Origin: Lama guanicoe
Taxonomy: Eukaryota
Direction: 5' to 3'
NCBI GenBank assembly: GCA_013239625.1
Contig: MU054098.1
Location: 2,481,104 to 2,545,103, forward strand
Length of the DNA stretch: 64,000 bases
Part shown: piece after piece, positions 60,893 through 64,000 of the stretch
Position numbering within the stretch: the first letter of the stretch is position 1
Layout: every line of letters starts with the position of its first letter
The notes under the pieces: model-generated
Database searches by the model: none
Seen by the model: only the letters and a program-made list of their open reading frames with translations
What the model was told of the DNA's origin: nothing
Made by a program: the position numbers and the translations under genes

Positions 60893-63800
60893 AAGCAGCT
60901 TTATTGAGATATAATTCATATATGGTATGCATATAAATTGCCCACTTATTCAATTCACTGTTTTTTAATATATTCACAAATATATGCAACCATCACTACA
61001 GTAAATTTTAGAACATTTTCTTCACCTCAAAAAGCAAACACATACCCTTTAGCTATCATCTGCTAAGTCCCCCATCTCTCTCAGCCCTAAGCAACCATTA
61101 ATCTACTTTCTGGCTCTGTAGATTTGCCTACTCTGAACTTTTCATTAAAAAGAAATCATATATTATGTGGTATTTTTTACTGAGTTCTTTCACTTGGCAT
61201 AATGTTTTCCAGGTTCATCCATGTTGTTGAATGTAACAGTACTTCATTCATTTTATGGCCAAATAATATTTCATAGTATGGATACAACCATATTTTGTTT
61301 ATCCACTCATTAGTTGATAGACATGTAGGTGGTTTCCACATTTCAGCTATGATGAATAATGCTGCTATGAACATTCGTGTACAAGTTTTTGTGTGAACAT
61401 ATGTTTTTATTTCTCTTAAGTATATACCTAGGAGTAAAACTGCTAGATCATATGGTAACTCTATTTTTAACCATTTGGGGAACTGTCAGACTATTTTCCA
61501 AAGTGGCTGCTCCATTTTCCATTCCCAACAGCAGTGTATGAAGGTTCTGATCTTTCCACATCCTCAAATATACTTGTTATCTTACTTTTTGATTATACCC
61601 ATCATACGGGGTGGGAAGTGGTATCTCATTGTTTTGATTTGCATTTCTTGATGAGTAATGATGTTGATCATCTATTCATGTGATTATTGGCATTTGTATG
61701 TCCTCTTTGGAGAAATGACTATTTAAGTCTCTTGCTCATTTTTAAATGGGTTATTAGTCTTTTTATCAGTGAGTTATAAATTCTATATAGTCTAGATACA
61801 AATCCCTTATCAGATATATGATTTGCAAATATTTCTCCCATTCTGTAGGTTATCTTTTCACTTTCTTGATAGCAACCTTTGAAGCACAGAAGTTTTCAAC
61901 TTTGACAAAGTCTAATTTATCTATTTTTCCTGCTGTTGCTTATGTAACAGTCCTTTGCCAAATTTGAGGCTATATAGATTTACCCCTATTTTTCATTCTA
62001 CAAGTTTTATGGCTTTAGCTCTTTCATTTAGGTCTTTGATTCATTTTGGGTTTTTTTTTAATTTTCCAGTTGTCCCAACACTATTTATTAAAAAGACTAT
62101 TCTACCTATGGTCTTGACATCCTTCTCAAAAATTAATTTACCAGAGACACATGGTTTATATCACAACCAAAGAACAATTAATGTGGATTAGTAGCAACTT
62201 AATTTCAACAGTAATATAAACTTTCTTACAGTATACTTTTGTTCCCTCCAATCTCCTTTTGGCTATTCTTATCAAACAAATTACATACATATATGTTATC
62301 AGCCCACAGACATATTTTTATGATTATCAACTTATGAAGTTGTATCTTAAATCAAAAAGGAGAAGAAAAGAGTTACAACCAACATATATTTATACTGTCT
62401 TTTTAATTTCCCTATATAGTTCCTTTACTGGTGGTCTATTTTTTTCATAACGTTCGAGTTACTGTGTAGTATCCTTTTATTTTAGCCTGAATGAATCCCT
62501 TTATTATTTCTTGTAGGGCAAGTTTAATCAGTCTTTGTTCATCTGGGAATGTCTTCATATCACCATCATTTTTGAAGAATAGTTTTGCTGGATACAGAAT
62601 TCTTTGTTGACAGTCTTTTTCTTTCAGGACCTTGTAGAAAATGCTTTCCCATAAAATGTGTTAAATTTTTGGTCACTATTTTTAAATATTCCATCTGTCC
62701 CTTTCTGTTTCTCTTCTCTCTCTGAGGTTATCATTATGTATGTATTGGTGCAGTTGATGGTGTCACACAAGTCTCTGAGGCTCTATTCACTTTTCCACCT
62801 TTTTTGTTTTCTTTCTGTTCTCCATACTGGATAATTTCAATTGACCTATCTTCAAGTTCACTGATTCTTCTTTGGTCAGCTCAAAATATGCTGTTAAGTC
62901 TTTTAATGGATTTTCCATTTCAGTTATTGTATTTTTCATTTCAAAATTCTGAGTTTTTTAATCATTTCTATCTCTTTGTTTATACTCATTATTTGGTAAG
63001 ACAGTGTTCTCACACTTTCCTTTAATTCTTTAGATATGGTTTCCTTTAGTTTATTTAACATGTTTATAATAGCTGACCTAAAGTCTTTGTCCAGTAGTCC
63101 AACTCTGAGGCTTCCTTTGAGACATTTTCTATTGACTATTTTCCTGTATATGGACCATACTGTCCTATTTCTGTGTGTATCTAGAAGTTTTTGCTGAAAA
63201 CAAGACATTTCAAATAATATTTTCTGGCAGCTGTGGGAATTTAATTACTCTCTTATCTAGCATTTGTTGCTGTTGTTTGTTGTTGTTCTGTTTGTTGCTG
63301 CTATTTAGTGAATTTCCTGTACTAATTCTGTAAACTCTGTATTCTATGGTGTGTGTGGCCACTGAAGTCTTGGCTTAGCTTAGTGGTCAATTAATAATTA
63401 GACAGTAGTTTCCCTAATGCTTTGAACTACTAATTCTCCCAGCTTTTTCCAAGGGGCTCTGTGTGTGTTGGGAAAAGCTTTCAAAGCCCTGGAAGACAGT
63501 TAACAATTATGCCTTAACCTTTACTTCCTGATTGTACAGAGCCTCAAGGTCAGGTCTTTCTCAGGTTTTTTCTGGGCATACACACAGCACTGAATATATG
63601 CATCTCCTTTTAGATTCCAAGGAAATTTTCAGAGATCTTCAAAGTCCGCTATGGACATTTCATTCCCTATATTTTCCTTTTGAGTTTTTGGTCAGTCTTT
63701 TGTTTGCCCCAAATACCTCAGGAGACTATAATGTTAAACAATTGCAGCTGATTTATTTTTTGACAGCCTGGTCATAGGGCTTTCCTCACTGAGAAAGCTC

Positions 63801-64000
63801 TGAAGTCAAGTCAAAGAAAGACAAACCCTGAGAATGGAGCTTTTCCAGAGATTTGCCACGCAGAGCAAATAGGGACAGTTCTCTCGGGGTAGGTCTTTGG
63901 TGAGCTCCAAACCTGTTCTGTCATCTGTAATGGCTACTAGGCTGCTGATTTGTTTAGTCCGTGTTGTTCTGAGGTTGCAGGTTTTTAAGGCTACCATAAA
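60893..64000 (-). mobile_element. Old L1 (L1MB-like) with 3' UTR, ORF2 end, inter-ORF, ORF1 and 5' segments, internally deleted; runs off the window end
   Basis: 3' end cagctttattgagatataattc. Peptide MFIAALFIIAEMWKPPTCLSTNEWINKIW (ORF2 end). LLDKDFRSAIINMLNKLKETISKELKE resembles the old-L1 ORF1 N-terminal/coiled-coil region. Confidence 0.85.

Noticed and set aside
1..64000. Prokaryotic-type systems (CRISPR arrays, operons, rRNA) or a host protein-coding gene
   Set aside because: There are no regularly spaced repeat-spacer arrays and no long ORFs, and I recognise no exon peptides. The sequence is mammalian intronic or intergenic DNA, although very small exons cannot be excluded by eye.

Overview
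Non-coding mammalian genomic DNA, almost certainly from a camelid (alpaca, llama or camel), because it carries three tRNA-derived Vic-1-type SINEs and artiodactyl-type L1 3' ends. I found no recognisable protein-coding exon, RNA gene or CpG island. The only ORFs with real protein similarity are decayed LINE-1 ORF2/ORF1 fragments. The window is a dense mosaic of old and young transposable elements: L1, L2, MIR, MaLR/ERVL LTRs and hAT-type MER elements. Unique spacers between them include several candidate regulatory or conserved elements. The most informative structures are (i) a rearranged, originally full-length old L1 at 27813-33689 that keeps its target-site duplication (TSD) and contains nested younger L1s, (ii) several small insertions with visible TSDs, including a possible short 3' transduction and an A/T-only templated-looking insertion, and (iii) CpG-retaining or motif-dense unique patches. 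I see no support for a novel multi-gene system. Repeat family names come from recalled consensus sequences, not a database search, and boundaries without a TSD are approximate.
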